Below are positions 40,030 to 52,827 of a DNA stretch of 64,000 bases, one piece after another. Location of the stretch: the NCBI RefSeq assembly GCF_021869535.1, contig NW_026262668.1:123442001-123506000 (forward strand). The letters are read 5' to 3'. This stretch comes from Mytilus californianus (taxonomy: Eukaryota). Position numbers and translations under genes: made by a program. The notes under the pieces were generated by a model. The model worked only from the letters and a program-made list of their open reading frames with translations, searched no databases and was not told the origin of the DNA. Each line of letters begins with the position of its first letter. The stretch's first letter is position 1.

Positions 40030-40862
40030 GTATGTATTCAAAACAGTTTATGTTATAAAACTATTTACCTTTTTTGTTTACAGAAATGATCAAAGTTTTT
40101 TTTTTCCAGCAAGATTTTGTTTTTGAAATACTATAAAGGATTATGTCCGTTTGGTTATTTGTGTCTCATTGACGTTTATCTCAAACTTCCTTTTATTTCA
40201 AAATGAATACAAGCATTTAAAGTTTTGCATATAAAAATACAAAAAAAAATTAAACCTCAAAAGCAATGAACTCTTATTTCTAGTGTATAGCTCATGTTGT
40301 TAAACAACCCTTCGATTTATAAACGATAAAAATAAAAGGAGATGTGTGGTATACGTCAATGACACAGTTACCTAACGACATATCCAACCAAAAAGACATA
40401 TAGCTGGCATATATGCTCTGAGGGAGTACAGAGTGGGAAAGTTTTAACAAAGAACTAATTATAGAAATGTAAAAGATTGACACGAAGACTGTTAAAAAAT
40501 AGGTTTTCTTAAAGACGAACAATTTGAACAATTAAGGCTTAAGGCAATAATACGAAACACCAACCAAATCCGAAAACTAGTAACATCCGGTTTTTTAGAT
40601 GTGACATCCGTCATATTGCATGAGCAGTAGAAGTCGATAAGTGGTTGTGGCACCGTTAAAGTCCATAATTCCTCTAAAGTCCACAACACCGCTCAAGTCC
40701 ACAACAAATTTCCGCTAAAGTCCACAACGCCGCTAAAGTCCACAAACTATTTTGGTAACGAAAAGTTGCTACTAGACGAAAACTACTCTGTTACTAGTAT
40801 GGCCTAGCATTAAATTTGACAATATTTTTTTTAAATGAAATGCTTCTTAAATTTTTTTACAG

Positions 40863-41102
40863 ACGGTTACAAGACATACATAGAACATGTCACAGCACAG
40901 ACGATGGACAAGAAGCGACATGAAAATAATAATATCTGCCATTCTAAAGCAAAAATAAAGGGTGTTAAAATCAAAGTCAAAGATACACCCATGGAAGAAC
41001 TATTATCCAAATGGAAAGCTGTGTCGAAGTCGCTAAACACAATTTCGGAAGATATTCAAAGTGACGAGTACATGACGTCAGGAATAAAAAATTCCAATAT
41101 AG
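40863..41102 (+). CDS. Probable next exon of the TMIE-like gene (charged cytoplasmic tail)
   Basis: tttttacag|...|gtaatg, 240 nt, phase 1-1, open and phase-compatible with 39907-40029. No recognisable domain. A possible last exon lies at 42612-42649 (GKRIKEWNCKSA*). Confidence 0.5.
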
Positions 41103-44100
41103 GTAATGTATAAAGTACCAGAATACCATTTCAATGTAGAAAAGCAAATGAAATGTTGTCAATTGTCATCATTTTATTTGATGATGCTGGGTTAGGTAGT
41201 AAATATTTATAATTATAATTCATATTCAAAGGTAATTCAGGACCAACCTGTACAGTTTTAAAGAAGGTTTTCACGCAATTGATTTCTTGTTAAGTAAACA
41301 ACCAGCACTTGATAAGGCTTTGCTGAAGATATCTGTACCTCGTCATTGGATATTCATTGAGCAGGAATAAACAAAACAGCATATTACAGAGTTTTCTTCA
41401 AAATCAAATTTCATTTAGTTTTTGATATATTGTAAAACATTTGGGTAGATTTCAATTTAAAATTCACAAGTTCGAAAACCCTTCAGCCATAACTAACAGA
41501 TTCCAGATACAAGTATGGTTATGATTAAATGAATGAAGAATGGATGAATATAATCATGCTGTCAGACGTCTTGTTACAAAACTAATTGTACAAAATGTAA
41601 ATATACTATCTTTTCAAAGTGTAAATATACATCACAAACATTTTGACCCCGCCATATTCTTTGAGTGCCTTCTCTCAAGTCAGGAGCCTGTAATTCAGTG
41701 GTAATATTTAATGTCTGTCTTATTCTTTGAGTGCCTTCTCTCAAGTCAGGAGGCTGTAATTCAGTGGTAATATTTAATTTCTGTCTTATCCTTTGTGTGC
41801 CTTCTCTGAAGTCAGGAGCCTGTAATTCAGTGGTAATATTTAATGTCTGTCTTATTCGTTTTTCGTTTATTGTTTTGTCATAAATCAGGCTGTTTTTTTT
41901 CATTTGAATTGTTTCACATTTTGTAATGTCGGGGCTTTTATAGCTTATTATACGGTACGGGTGTCCTACAGCCATTTTTCCCCATGCCAATCTTTCCGGG
42001 GGGACAAGGAAAAATTGGCATGATGCCAGTTTTCTCTTCAGCGTGATTTGGGGGGGGATCAGGCCTATTTTACCCCTCTAGTAGCACGAGAAGCTCATTT
42101 TACCCCTCCTGTAGTAATGTCGGCGACGTCAGTTGGAAATTACTCATTCATTGAAGGATAGTAACCATTTTTTTAATTATTTAAGTGTTACCACACCATC
42201 ATCATATTATTATACATTCAATATCAGATGATTTATTTATATATACAAGAAGCATAGTGGTGATCACATCTACTCTCTTCCGTGAACCCTGAATATGTAT
42301 TGCGTGAATTTCTGTAGTAGGTCGTAATGTCTAATGGTCAACCCATGTTCTAGTTGAAGCCCACAAGAAGAAGGAATTTTGTCGGATGGTAACAGTTGTT
42401 GTAGGAATGTTTAAAGTTTATGATGTGTCTTTGGAAATGTTTTTTTTTATATATTTTTCGAGACCGTCCGGATAGGACTGCTAATTATAGAAGGGGTCAC
42501 ATCGCATTGGATGCACTGAAATCAATTGATAATTTGTATGCGTGTTGCATCGGGTAATGTTTTGCTGTCTTCGTACCATGGCTCATATCCATTCCATTTC
42601 ATATTTTACAGGCAAGAGAATAAAAGAATGGAATTGCAAATCAGCGTAACATGAACGAATGACGCCATGAAATATAAGTGCGATTTTTATGTTGGCCATA
42701 CTAATAGTTCGGATTTTTAGTCAGTCAATATATGGATTGGGATAATTTTTCGAAGGCAAACGGTACCCCTGGAACAAAATATAGGTGCCCAACTGTGTGA
42801 CAACATCCACTCTCTGACCCTTTGTGAGACGCGTATCAACAAAACGCACACAACTTGTACCAAACATTTCTTTTATGCAACTTTAGCCAAAAAAACAGAT
42901 AATTTTAGAATCCCAGAGATCAATCAATTCTAAAGAAAATACGGAAAATATATCCAATATATAGCAGTGCCATTTTGACTGTTATATATAGTCGTGGGGA
43001 AAAGTGGCTATATGTATATGTATACATCAGATTTAATTCACGCACAGGACGTTGGGTAGCATACCTTCTATGACCATAATTTCATTTTTCAGTTGACATT
43101 AGAATGTGCAATTTTCAACAGGACAGTCAAAAACTGTTAGCGTTTTGATGTCTCTGCTACTTCCTCTGAAAAATACCCAATGAATACTTAAATTATTACA
43201 ATGTTTATGACCTCTGTTCGGAAGTTTTACGGCCACCATCATGAGTGGGTTTATCACTATGGAGTATAAAATGAAACGACAATCCAGGACAAAACAATAG
43301 CAGTAAAATATCCATCTTCAAAAATACATAAAAAAGAGAAAAGTTTCCATTTCACAGATGACACAGGTTTTGCTTGCACTCTAGTAAATTCATTCTGTTT
43401 GCATTGTATAAAATATCTACTTGACTTTGACCATTGTCTTCCATTATATGGCGGGTGCCAATAGTGAAACAGGTGATGCTTGCCTGATCATCTGATTCCA
43501 TCCCCATCTAAGGCTTTCTATCTTGTTGGCTTTGTTTATTGTTTGTCTGCCTGTTTTGGACACTGTTAGTCTTTCTGTATCCATTTAAAATGTTGTCTTG
43601 GTATCCTCATACAAAGGTCTGACATAGCGTCGTGTGAATCAAATAATGATGTATTTCCCAATTGGTAATAGTGGTAAAAATTTAAAAGTTACATTTAAAA
43701 GCGCAATATTTTAAGTATTTGACTGAGACATAAAAAGTTATATAGGAATTGAATTTACTTACATGAATAGCAACTTTTTGTTCGATTGTTTTTTTAATAG
43801 ACAAGCAACTAAGATAAATAAAGCATCCCCTTTCCTGGAGATATAACATTTCCATTTCACTACAAAAAAAATGTTGTTTTAGAAATGTATTCCTATATTT
43901 CTATAGGAGATAGACCATGGATTTTTTAACTGTGTAATATTGTCAATTCTGGACTGCTGGATTCTCTAAGAAATGGCTCGTATATTGAGTTTTAATCACG
44001 CAAACAATCTAAGCACAGCACTACTAAGATAATTTTGATAATTATTTTACAGCAAAAATACCCGAAAAATAGTGGAGATACGACACTGTGTAAAAATATT

Positions 44101-45389
44101 TTTATCTGAACTAACTAGATGAATATGCCAATGGGAGTGTGGAGATAGAACAGTGTAGTTCTGACAAAAACTTGTAGGGTAAAGAAATCTTGTATTACAG
44201 TTGTATAGGGAGATAGATCATTGCACTTGGATATCATAAATGTAGATATCTCCATTTTTATCAAAAGTGGACATATAACACTATAAGATTCACGCGAAGA
44301 ATTAGGTTTATAAAAGTTATTCATCTTTACCTTAATTTTTTCAGATGAATCATTTTGATTTTATTTACCTTTTTATCCACATTAAAGCAACTATACATGA
44401 ACTGTAAATGAAGCTTTGCATATAAACATATAATGAGTATTAATGGTTGGGTTAACTGTGGTGTATTATGCCAACTGTAGGTTTTCTGGAGACTAACACA
44501 AGGACAGACAGATAAATCTATTCTGATAACCCTCGCGTTGGTTAATTTTGGCTGACCTTAATTTCTGACACTATCGCTGTGAAGCTATTGTTTGGGTTTT
44601 TATTACCATTTTTTATTATCAGAAATATATAATACTAGAGATTTGAATAACGATGTAATGGTCATAATTAAAATCTATAGAAATAGCATACGGCTCTCTC
44701 ATTATTTTTCAAATTTCTTTTACACGTACAGATATATTCCTTCTCTTTTATTTTTTTTTTCATTTTCCGGATATGATTTACAGGGTTTAAAGAAAGAGGG
44801 GTGGGTAGTGCTGTTTGGTTTATACTCTTTTTTCAAGATATGATGTTTGGTTTATACTCTTTTTTCAAGATATGAAGTTACAAAACAAGGAAAGGATTTC
44901 TTCATACGGTATTGCAGATATTATTCAAATTTTTTATTTTATTTTTGAAGAGATAAAAAAAATTTCGTACTTTATTTGATTTCAATGAAATCACGATGTC
45001 ACGAAATTTCGTCTACGTAATTAGCAAATTTCTATTGAATGTCTATGATATTATCAACTTCAACTTTGGTGTGCTTAAGATTATTTTTTGGTTCATACAA
45101 AAAAGAATATTTTAATGACATATAAAACAGTCTTACATCTTATTTAAAGTTCGTGACTTTGTAAACTAACATCGTATAAGAGCTTATATGTTTTTCGTTA
45201 ATTGTTTTATTATAAATTAGGCAGTTATTTTTGTCAATTGAATTGAGAATTTATAGCCGGCTATACGGTATGGGTTTTTCTCATTGTTGAAGGCCGTACA
45301 GCTGCCTATAATTGCTTACATCCACTTTATTTGAACTTTGGTGGACTGTTGAATCATGGACAATCATACCTCATCTCCTTATTTTTATT

Positions 45390-46215
45390 ACATCGCGATG
45401 ACCGTGAGGTCATATCGATGTATTGCTATCGCCTAAATATCCATTATGCAAATTAGTTTTGGGTTTTCAACCGATCTATAAAAATTATAGATCCGCGGTC
45501 ACTTATCTAGTGCAAAATAACATTACTTATCGCTTGTTTCAAATTCATTTTTTCAATGGATACTCCTATAAATATTTTTATTAAAACACAAATTAATAAT
45601 ATGAAAATGTGTTGTCGTTAGTTATATATATATAAAAGTAAAAAATCATTGATGATATAAATGCACACGTACCGAAAAATTGTGTTAAAGCTTACGGAAG
45701 AATATCTCAAGAACGTTTTGCGACACTCCCGGCAAGGACCGATAACTCTGTTATTGTTTTGCGGGAAAATATGAATGGCTTCTCATATCCAATCTTTTAG
45801 AAAAATCGATTTTTTTACAGAAGAGTATCCACCATGCACTTGCACTGCACTATAATTAGAATAGTAGAATAGAATGATACATAAATAGATGAAAATTATA
45901 TATACATGCAACCGTAATATTAATATAATATATAACAACAAACCAGACGTGTATACTCTGACACTATTATCATATTAGTATAATAGTCCCAGGTATACTG
46001 ATTTGTATCACTACAATATAATAGTTATTACGGTGCGGTTGAATTTCCTGTCATTTATTCATCATCCATGCACGAACTTGTATCAGAAAAATATATATCT
46101 CTGTAAATTAACCTCAGTTTCAGGTATAGAGATGTGATCTATTTCTGTGACATGTGCTTTTGACCATCCACAAGAACCTGCGGTCATCCGATGTTCAGTA
46201 CTTCAGTACTTTGAT
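45390..46215 (+). mobile_element. Diverged segment homologous (inverted) to 12139-12860 inside the Academ-like element
   Basis: Reverse complement atcaaagtactgaagtactgaacatcggatgaccgcaggttcttgtggatggtc... aligns colinearly with 12139 onward through gtgcagtgcaagtgcatgg and aacaagcgataag...ttattttgcac. Cut off at ~45390 by a family B insertion. Confidence 0.8.
46054..46059 (-). terminator. Candidate polyadenylation signal (AATAAA) for the methyltransferase-GT64 gene
   Basis: AATAAA ~158 nt after the stop codon. The aligned position in the Academ copy reads AATTGA. Confidence 0.35.
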
Positions 46216-46216
46216 A

Positions 46217-48630
46217 TTAATATAATTTTATTTGAAAATATTGAGCTGCCCATTGTACACATTCTGTCCTCCTTAAAGCCCATTTTGGGTCAACTACAGA
46301 TGCTCCATCTACTTCCGTGAGATCTTTACGCGAAGCTTGCGCAGACATCGGTACAAATAAAGGTCTCAAGTTTATTTGTTTAAAAATCAACGCATTCATT
46401 GAGATATCTTCGCAGTATCTTTTGCTATTCCAATCAACGAGCTTCTTATCTTGCATATATTTCACTAAATATTTACGGTGAAACAACATTGTTTTGCCGA
46501 TAGTTAAAGATGGATTCTTGCCCCTGGTAATGTATTCATTTATCGAATTGACATAACGCATATCTCTGCTGATGCCCACCAACCTGTTCGTATTTTCACT
46601 CCATCGTAATAACATTAACGACAGCAACGCTTCACTAATAAGAACATCGTCATCAATCACCATGACGGCATCTGTACGAATATACTGGGACACATTAAAA
46701 CGGTTGTTCATGCTGTTAACATCCGATTGAATGAAAGTAAGCTTTGGTAAATCAATATTTGGCGTAAATGATTCGTTTTTATTATTCCATATTAATACAA
46801 TTTGGTCTATTATCTGAAACTTTGAGTATGCAGGTAAGATGACGTCATAGTTGGAGAACCTTTTAGTTGAGTATCCCATAAGTACAACAGAGACGCCACT
46901 ATTTCCCACACAAAGCGTATCAGCTCCTTCTAACATAGCAGAAGTCAAATGAGGATTAATAAACATGCATGGCTCAACATAGTAACTAACTTCCTTTTTC
47001 CAGTTTTGTAAATGTTGATGCGAGATCATTATTCTGATTTTACTAAATTTCAAAATGTCTGCTGTTGCTTTCGCGCCAACATTATCGGTTTGTATGATTA
47101 TGATTGATTTTGTGTTGTCGAAATCATTGACCATCATTAGCTGACTTTGTAAAAATGTAGAATTAGCATTTGAAACAAAAAATATAACAGTTTGTTTGCC
47201 TTTACTTCGCTCAAAGCAAGCAGGATGATGTGGGATGGTGGTGGTTGCCATCATATTACGTCTACGGCCAATGAAATATACGCCTTGATTCTTCAGTCGA
47301 CGTAATTCCTCGGTGTCCCAAGAAACATACACTTCCTCAAACATAGACATGATATGTTTTGCAACCACAGTTTTTATACGAATTGGGTGCAACTGAAATT
47401 CACGATCGTTACCCGGTGGGGTTGCTACACCTCGGTAATTATCCCAAAGTCGTTCATGCCAAATAAATAATCCATTTTCTTTAATCAAATTAATGGCTGA
47501 ATTAAGTATAGATAATGCATCATAAACGTGTTCAATCACATTAATCATGACAAGAGAATCAAATTTCCTAGTATTATTAAGTTCTTCGGCCGGTATAGAT
47601 AATAAAGTAGTCGGTAAATTCTCAAAAATACCATTTTTGTAAAAGCAACGTTTAACGTGCCGCATATAATGGAATGCCATTGGTTCTACTAACGTAATAC
47701 TGGTCGCATTCTTGTCTTTAAGTATCGTCTGTGACTGTGTGAAGGGGCCTGCACCAAGCTCGATGATATCGCCTAAATTTTGTGGCAAAGATTTGTAGAA
47801 ATCAAACGATTTAGAATGAGCCTCGTTCCGATCTGTTGCAGTTTCTCGTTTATCCCATGTTACCTTTTCGACGCTTTGAGCACCATGCCATCGTTCACAA
47901 GAGACTGACAAAGTACCAGTTACGTTGCTATAGAAACACTCGTCACTCCATTGCGAACATTGTTTGCTGGCATAAACTTCACATCTGTCTCCATGCCAAG
48001 GTGGTGTACAAAATGTTTTGTCAAAGAAAGTTATACTCTTCGGCAAGTAATTTACTGGAGTGGTATTACTAGTTTGGGCTTTAACTTTATAGCTGCCAAT
48101 GCACCAACCCTTTTGAGCTCCTCTGTAAATCCAACCTTCTGGAACATGCATTTTGATATCATGTACTAAATTGTTTGTCTTTAAGTAGTCCACGCCTTTC
48201 AGCACCGCAGGCCAAGATTTAGAACAATCATCCAACAGCAATAGGTTATTGACAGAGGCAACTCTTGCCATATTTTTCATATCCGTCTCTGGAAAGTGAG
48301 CATGGTGGGCACCGTCTATATGTATCAGATCACATTTTCCCTCAAACTGAGGGACGGTTTTTGTAGAGTCACCTTTCACAAGTGCAATATGACGGTCACT
48401 GAATCTTTTCCGTAACCAGTCAATTGCAGAGTCTTCATACTCAGCTCGATCCCACATATCAAACGCTGTGTAACTGGCAGAATCTGTTGAATGCAGAAAA
48501 AGTGTTGCACTATGTCCTCCGGCAAATCCGATTTCACAAATTGTTCGTATTGGATACTTTTTACTAAATTCCTTGATAGCAGAGATATAACTTTGAAGTT
48601 GTAACTTTTCCTTTCCGTTGTATATATTCC
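46217..48630 (-). CDS. Dual SAM-methyltransferase / GT64 glycosyltransferase fusion protein, exon 2 (2414 nt, all catalytic domains)
   Basis: Acceptor attttcacag| at 48631, phase 1. MTase-1 (CEIGFAGGHS, GDSTKTVP, DLIHIDGAH, LLDD). EGF-like CTPPWHGDRC. MTase-2 (IIELGAGP, FDSLVMINVIEHVYD, LIKENGLFI). GT64 (IVLIWNN, NSMNNRF, VIDDD, CEDISMN, RRTEC). Confidence 0.9.
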
Positions 48631-48844
48631 CTGTGAAAATATAAATTATGACAATTAAATTTCTCCATATAAATTGACAAAATTGTTTTATTTTAGACTG
48701 TATAGACGTTGTAGTTCTTCGTATGATGAACAAAACGTATCACAAAAGAGATAGGCCAACTTCAGCGCCAAATATATATATAGTTCTATATAAATGGGGG
48801 AAAACATACTATGGACCAAGACTATAATCACGACAAATAGCATG

Positions 48845-48876
<32 letters not shown>

Positions 48877-49420
48877 AGTCTAAATTGAAAACAACGTTCA
48901 AACCTATAATTGCGTTGGATAAAAACCGCAATTTTTATACGTGTGCATGCAAAACAAATTTCTTGTTAGAGGGGTCTAAATACAGCACAAACAACATTTT
49001 CCAAAAGACCAAAAAAGTGAAAAAGTATATTTTAACAAAACGCATTTGACTAACAGGTCGAACAACAAATGTTCTTAAACCCTGCTGACTGCCATTGGCG
49101 ATTGCCAAATAAACGGATCACCGATGTAATAAATGGATCTTAATATAAATTTAATACTAAACAGAAAACAATAAACTTGCGGAAAAGATGATATACCGCA
49201 AACAAAAGGTGCAAAGGTTTTGTACACCATATCCGGATTTCGACAATTAATGTCTCTTCAGTGATGTTAGGAATCGAAACGGTATTTGGAAAGCCATACT
49301 TATATTTTAACAAAACGCATTTGACTAACAGGTCGAACAACAAATGTTCTTAAACCCTCCTGAGAGCCATTGGCGATTGCCAAATAATATATACATATAT
49401 ACCGAAAGCTATATTTTTAT

Positions 49421-49560
49421 GTAGCCTAGGTGGTCGAGTGGTATAGGGCGCTGAACACGGTGCAGGCGGTGTTTCCACGATGTCATAGAAGCAAGGGTTC
49501 AAATCCCGCTGAGGGAAAAACAAAAATTTGCTAACGCAAATTTGAAGATCTAACACTGTT
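49421..49560 (+). repeat. tRNA(Leu/Ser)-derived SINE-like repeat, copy 1 (others on - strand at ~49600-49740 and ~50030-50170)
   Basis: Pol III A box TGGTCGAGTGG (49431) and B box GGTTCAAATCC (49496). Spacing too long for a canonical cloverleaf. Three homologous copies share flanks. Confidence 0.7.
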
Positions 49561-51857
49561 GGGCTAAATTTGAGACGAATTATATATAATTCGTCTCAAA
49601 TTTGTTAGATCTTCAAATTTTCTAACTTTGTTCTTCCCTCAGTGGGATTCGAACCCTTGCGTCTGTGACATCGTGACAACACCGCCTGCACCGTGTCCAG
49701 CGCCCTAGACCACTCGACCACCTAGGCTTCATAACAATATAGCTTTCGGTGGTCGATGTAATGCCTTTTCTCGTCGGCTTTGTCTAGAGTTGTTACACAG
49801 TACATGATGTATAGTGGCAAGTAGATGGTGTACCTTTCAGATCAGCTATTTTTCCTATCGTATAAAGGATGATACTGTTAAATACCATGCCGCCACATCA
49901 AATTTTAATTTTAATATACACGTCTAAACATGTGACAACTTTATGACAGACATTCTCCATCGGATAACACGTGGTTATACAGGGATAACACCATATATAT
50001 ATAAATCTTCTCAAATCTACCCCCAACAATGTTAGATCTTCAAATTTGCGTTTGCAAATTTTTGTTCTTCCCTCGGCGGGATTCGCGTCTGTGACATCGT
50101 GGCAACACCGCCTGCACCGTGTCCAGCGCCCTAGACCACTCGACCACCTAGGCTACATAAAAATATAGCTTTCGGTGATCGATGTAATGCCTTTCCTCGT
50201 CGGCTTTATCTAGGTTTGTAACACAGTATTTGATGTATGGTGCTAGTAGATGGTGTACCTTTCAGATCAGCTATTTTTCCTATCGTGAGGATGATAATGT
50301 TAATTACTATGCCGCCACATCAATTTTTAATTTTAATGTTATTCTACACCTTTAAAGGGGCATTAGCTACGAGATAAAAAAAAATTAAAATATGATTTTT
50401 TTTTTCAATCATTAATGAAAGTGAAATAGTGAAATAATAATTCGCTTTTGAAGCCAGTTTGGTTTTCAATTTTGTCAAAATAAGCTAAGAAACATCGCTG
50501 ATGAATTATTCACTTGCAAGTGAATAATTCGACCTCGTTGAATACGTATTTATGTGACCATTTATTAAACCCCTTAGCTAGAGATGGGTTACGCATGAAC
50601 TAGGCGTGTTCAGCTATAAAAAGGAAAATAATGTCAACATTGAAAGTTTTTTTCCCTGTTGGTCTTAAGTCTTATTTCTATAATATTGCAAAATACCACA
50701 ATTGTGTCGGTTTGCACGTTTGCAATTTGTGTAGGTCAAAACCTTCGAACCACCACTTTTCCAGAACTCAGGTCATTGTAGCGATGACGTACTGTCAATT
50801 TATCTCTAGAAAACCGATAAATGTATCCACATGGCATCATTACCAGCCTTACATGACAGTTGTATTCTAAAGACAAATGTATCTACTAGCTATAACGCAT
50901 CATTTATTGTACTTTTAGGCCTTTTGTCAACTAAAAACTATTGTTTGATTGGTTGTCAGGGGAATTTTCATAAGTAAAAAAAAAACACTAAAAAATGTAT
51001 TTAAATATTTAGTGGAGGAGCAGACGAAAAATTTTAAAGACTAATTGCTCAAACAACACACACAAAAAAAAAATTTGTTGAAGTTATGTATAAAAAATAT
51101 CCAAAAGTAAAGTTTTTCGTCAGCGGCTTTTAATAAGAGTTATAAAGGGCGTGTTGGTGAACGGTGTGTTAGACTTTTCTTTTATTAGTACATTTCATTA
51201 ATATACCTTAATTTTAATTGAAAAATGTGTGAACGAAATTTAACCAAAAAAAATACGTCAGAAATACTTCTGAAATTTTAACATTTGTAGTAGCACGAAG
51301 CTAGGTCAATGGGAGTTTTATTTTTGTTTCTTGTTTTTTTGTCTATACGAAAATTTAACTAAATTAAATCATCTCCGTATAATGTTTATTGTAAAGCTAC
51401 ATGTTATTATATATATCAAAATGTAGCTTAAAATATTTAAAAATAATAGAATCTGAAGCAAGATGATGTATCAAATATTTTTGTTTCATACGTTTTCAAG
51501 ACAAAACTAACAACTCTAACACGGTAAAACTAAAGCTATAATGAATTTGAAACATATAGATATGTGTGCCGATAGATAGTCTAGCGGATAGGCATTAAAA
51601 GCAACTACCAATAGATCAAAGATAGTTCGTGTTGTTTTTTTTTATTTCAAAGTAAAAACTAAAAGATTTATCAGAATATATAAATATAGGTGGCACATTC
51701 CCTTCAGACGCTATCACAGTTTATCAATCCATGATGAAATAGATCAATTTCCTTAAGAAAGTTATAAAACTAATCATCATCAAGTTGTCTTAATTTCCCT
51801 TCATAAGGTTTCATAGTACACCTTTTTTGTGTACAAAGTAACCCAGGGTGCCAATAC

Positions 51858-52827
51858 ATAGAAAACTAACCACTATACGTGCTACCCGTGACAGTTAAAC
51901 CGATGCATAGAAAAACTAACATCTACACGTGCTACCTAGCTGTGACAGATAAACCATGCATAGAAAAACAAACCACTACACGTGCTACCTGTGACAGTTA
52001 AACCAATGCATAGAAAAACTAACATCTACACGTGCTACCTAGCTGTGACAGATACACCATGCATAGAAAAACAAACCACTGCACGTGCTACCTGTGACAG
52101 TCAAACCAATGCATAGAAAAACTAACCACTACACGTGCTACCTGTGGCAGTTAAACCAATGCATAGAAAAACTAACCACTTCACGTGCTACCTGTTACAG
52201 ATAAACCAATGCATAGAAAAACTAACCACTACACGTGCTACCTGTAACAGTTAAACCAATGCATAGAAAAACTAACCACTACACGTGCTACCTGTTACAG
52301 ATAAACCAATGCATAGAAAAACTAACCACCACACGTGCTACCTGTGACAGTTAAACCAATGCATAGAAAAACAAACCACTACACGTGCTACATGTGACAG
52401 TTAAACCAATGCATAGAAAAACAAACCACTACACGTGCTACCTGTGACAGTCAAACCAATGCATAGAAAAACTAACCACTACACGTGCTACCTGTGGCAG
52501 TTAAACCAATGCATAGAAAAACTAACCACTTCACGTGCTACCTGTTACAGATAAACCAATGCATAGAAAAACTAACCACTACACGTGCTACCTGTAACAG
52601 TTAAACCAATGCATAGAAAAACTAACCACTACACGTGCTACCTGTTACAGATAAACCAATGCATAGAAAAACTAACCACCACACGTGCTACCTGTGACAG
52701 TTAAACCAATGCATAGAAAAACAAACCACTACACGTGCTACATGTGACAGTTAAACCAATGCATAGAAAAACAAACCACTACACGTGCTACATGTGACAG
52801 TTAAACCAATGCACAGAAAAACAAACC
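51858..52827. repeat. Minisatellite, 50-bp unit, ~19 copies, with a 7-unit (350-bp) higher-order duplication
   Basis: accaatgcatagaaaaactaaccactacacgtgctacctgtgacagttaa. Period 50 at 52203/52253. Confidence 0.95.

Noticed and set aside
46130-46215. SECIS element or self-cleaving ribozyme right after the stop codon
   Set aside because: ATGA is present but without the correctly spaced AA loop and GA pairing. No hammerhead or HDV core was found, and the stop is TAA. Explained by homology to the Academ interior.
48631-48733. N-terminal 34 aa (MFIIRR...IYIFT) of the 838-aa ORF
   Set aside because: Starts at TTG with no in-frame ATG before the first MTase motif. It is intron sequence ending in a consensus acceptor (ttttcacag), and a phase-matched upstream exon exists.
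49421-49515. Functional tRNA gene
   Set aside because: A and B boxes are present, but acceptor and anticodon stems cannot be formed, the box spacing is long, and three copies share non-tRNA flanks. Treated as a tRNA-derived repeat.
50350-50640. Kolobok-like end (ttaa|aggggcattagct)
   Set aside because: No matching opposite terminus was found in the window.
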